Of a stretch of 64,000 nucleotides of DNA, positions 63,652-64,000 are shown piece by piece. This DNA comes from Eledone cirrhosa (Eukaryota). A program made the translations under genes and the position numbers. The notes beneath the pieces were generated by a model. That model ran no database searches, was not told where the DNA came from, and saw only the letters and a list, made by a program, of their open reading frames with translations. The DNA lies in the NCBI GenBank assembly GCA_964016885.1, contig OZ024755.1:1364001-1428000 (forward strand). The letters run 5' to 3'. The stretch's first letter is position 1; every line of letters begins with the position of its first letter.

Positions 63652-63783
63652 CAGTTACATGTAATGTAATACCTTTTTGTGTTTGTTTCCTCAGGCAGAT
63701 GATGATAAATTAATAAGTGGCTCCTATGATAAAACACTGAAAGTCTGGGATATTCGAACAGGAGAATGTAAAATGAAACTCAG
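54116..63783 (+). CDS. 3'-partial F-box/WD40-repeat protein (FBXW7/beta-TrCP/Met30-like SCF substrate adaptor), 9 coding exons in window
   Basis: Exons 54116-54751 (gccATG; acceptor at 54101), 55576-55641, 56036-56180, 56444-56604, 56967-57057, 57467-57531, 58760-58885, 62659-62748, 63695-63783, phases compatible. Dimerisation-like helix ([18 protein letters not shown]), F-box [35 protein letters not shown]40 repeats ([31 protein letters not shown]; [23 protein letters not shown]; [12 protein letters not shown]). Confidence 0.93.
55057..55415. mobile_element. Tc1/mariner-like MITE containing a ~61-bp x4 tandem repeat
   Basis: cagggtgttacaaaaatat ... atattttgaaacaccctg-ta inverted ends; similar ends at ~26940-27015. 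Confidence 0.55.
55576..55641 (+). CDS. F-box/WD40 gene exon
   Basis: taag acceptor, gtaaga donor. Confidence 0.85.
56036..56180 (+). CDS. F-box/WD40 gene exon, F-box start
   Basis: ctag acceptor, CAG|gtgagt; LPxxLxxKIxSFLD. Confidence 0.92.
56444..56604 (+). CDS. F-box/WD40 gene exon, F-box end
   Basis: tgcag acceptor; [12 protein letters not shown]. Confidence 0.92.
56729..56938. repeat. 17-bp minisatellite in F-box gene intron
   Basis: ctattgtgagtgtctcg. Confidence 0.95.
56967..57057 (+). CDS. F-box/WD40 gene exon ([18 protein letters not shown]...FEGHTQ)
   Basis: tttcag acceptor, gtaaat donor. Confidence 0.92.
57467..57531 (+). CDS. F-box/WD40 gene exon, WD repeat
   Basis: ccag acceptor, gtatgt donor; [11 protein letters not shown]. 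Confidence 0.92.
58120..58545. mobile_element. Two head-to-head SINE family A copies
   Basis: Minus ~58120-58285, plus ~58360-58545. Confidence 0.8.
58760..58885 (+). CDS. F-box/WD40 gene exon, WD repeat
   Basis: VWNIRT...GHSGTVRCL...SGSSDKTIK; AAG|gtaaat. Confidence 0.93.
58958..59235. mobile_element. piggyBac-like MITE, opposite orientation, with internal duplication
   Basis: ttaa-CCCTTTAACATTT...AAATGCTAAAGGG-ttaa. Confidence 0.88.
59323..61420. repeat. 50-bp minisatellite, split by the LINE insertion
   Basis: gtggccatgctggagcactgccttctattactggtttcactcattatact, arrays 59323-60265 and 60770-61420. Confidence 0.95.
60263..60768 (-). mobile_element. CR1/L2-group LINE 3' fragment with duplicated 3' tail, inserted in a minisatellite
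   Basis: TRGHAYKI...[21 protein letters not shown]...SFK C-terminal motif (60558-60767); (ATT)n tail; tail segment repeated at ~60265-60395 and ~60395-60520. Confidence 0.85.
61538..62600. repeat. 36-bp minisatellite derived from an antisense SINE head
   Basis: cctttacaaagagaactccttaaccacacaaccaca ~29 copies. Confidence 0.97.
62659..62748 (+). CDS. F-box/WD40 gene exon, WD repeat
   Basis: VWDLST...[10 protein letters not shown]; CAG|gtaagt. Confidence 0.92.
63225..63365 (-). mobile_element. SINE family A copy
   Basis: Reverse-complement core and B-box. Confidence 0.75.
63695..63783 (+). CDS. F-box/WD40 gene exon, WD repeat
   Basis: [25 protein letters not shown]; AG|gtaaaa. Confidence 0.92.
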
Positions 63784-63872
63784 GTAAAACTATTCTAATT
63801 TTCAATAGTTTGTCCAATATTTTAGAACAATATTAATCAAGTCTTTTATTCTCAATCAATCTACATACTTCC

Positions 63873-64000
63873 TATCATCATCATCATCATCGTTTAACGT
63901 CCATCTTCCACGCTAGCATGGGTTAGACGGTTTTGTTCCATTTGATGCAGGAATGGTCGGGAGACCATATCTCAGTCGCACGGAAGCATCTGTCAGGTTT
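63873..64000 (-). mobile_element. 3' end of an RTE-family element at window edge
   Basis: (cat)n cgtttaacgtcc..ttccacgctagcatggg shared with 12350-12395. Confidence 0.75.

Noticed and set aside
54116-63783. Assigning the symbol FBXW7 or BTRC
   Set aside because: The domain order fits the family, but I cannot establish orthology from memory

Overview
Eukaryotic, AT-rich, repeat-dense genomic DNA. The SINE, RTE-LINE and microsatellite content resembles an octopus/cephalopod genome (inference). Three spliced genes can be built by hand with consistent GT-AG sites and frame. (1) The last 17 exons (531-14138, +) of a multi-fibronectin-type-III protein fused to a C-terminal thioredoxin-like domain with an intact WCHPC motif. 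(2) LAMTOR5/HBXIP (16687-17557, -; first exon not resolved). (3) The first 9 coding exons (54116-63783, +) of an F-box/WD40 protein. Between the first two lies an orphan, internally deleted R2 retrotransposon remnant still joined to 28S rDNA at the R2 target site. The rest is SINEs, RTE and CR1-like LINE fragments, TTAA-targeting MITEs, palindromes, a hammerhead-ribozyme-like motif, a pre-miRNA-like hairpin and many minisatellites, several visibly amplified from pieces of dispersed repeats. Most long ORFs in the supplied track are tandem-repeat artefacts. Family assignments rest on motif recall, not database searches.
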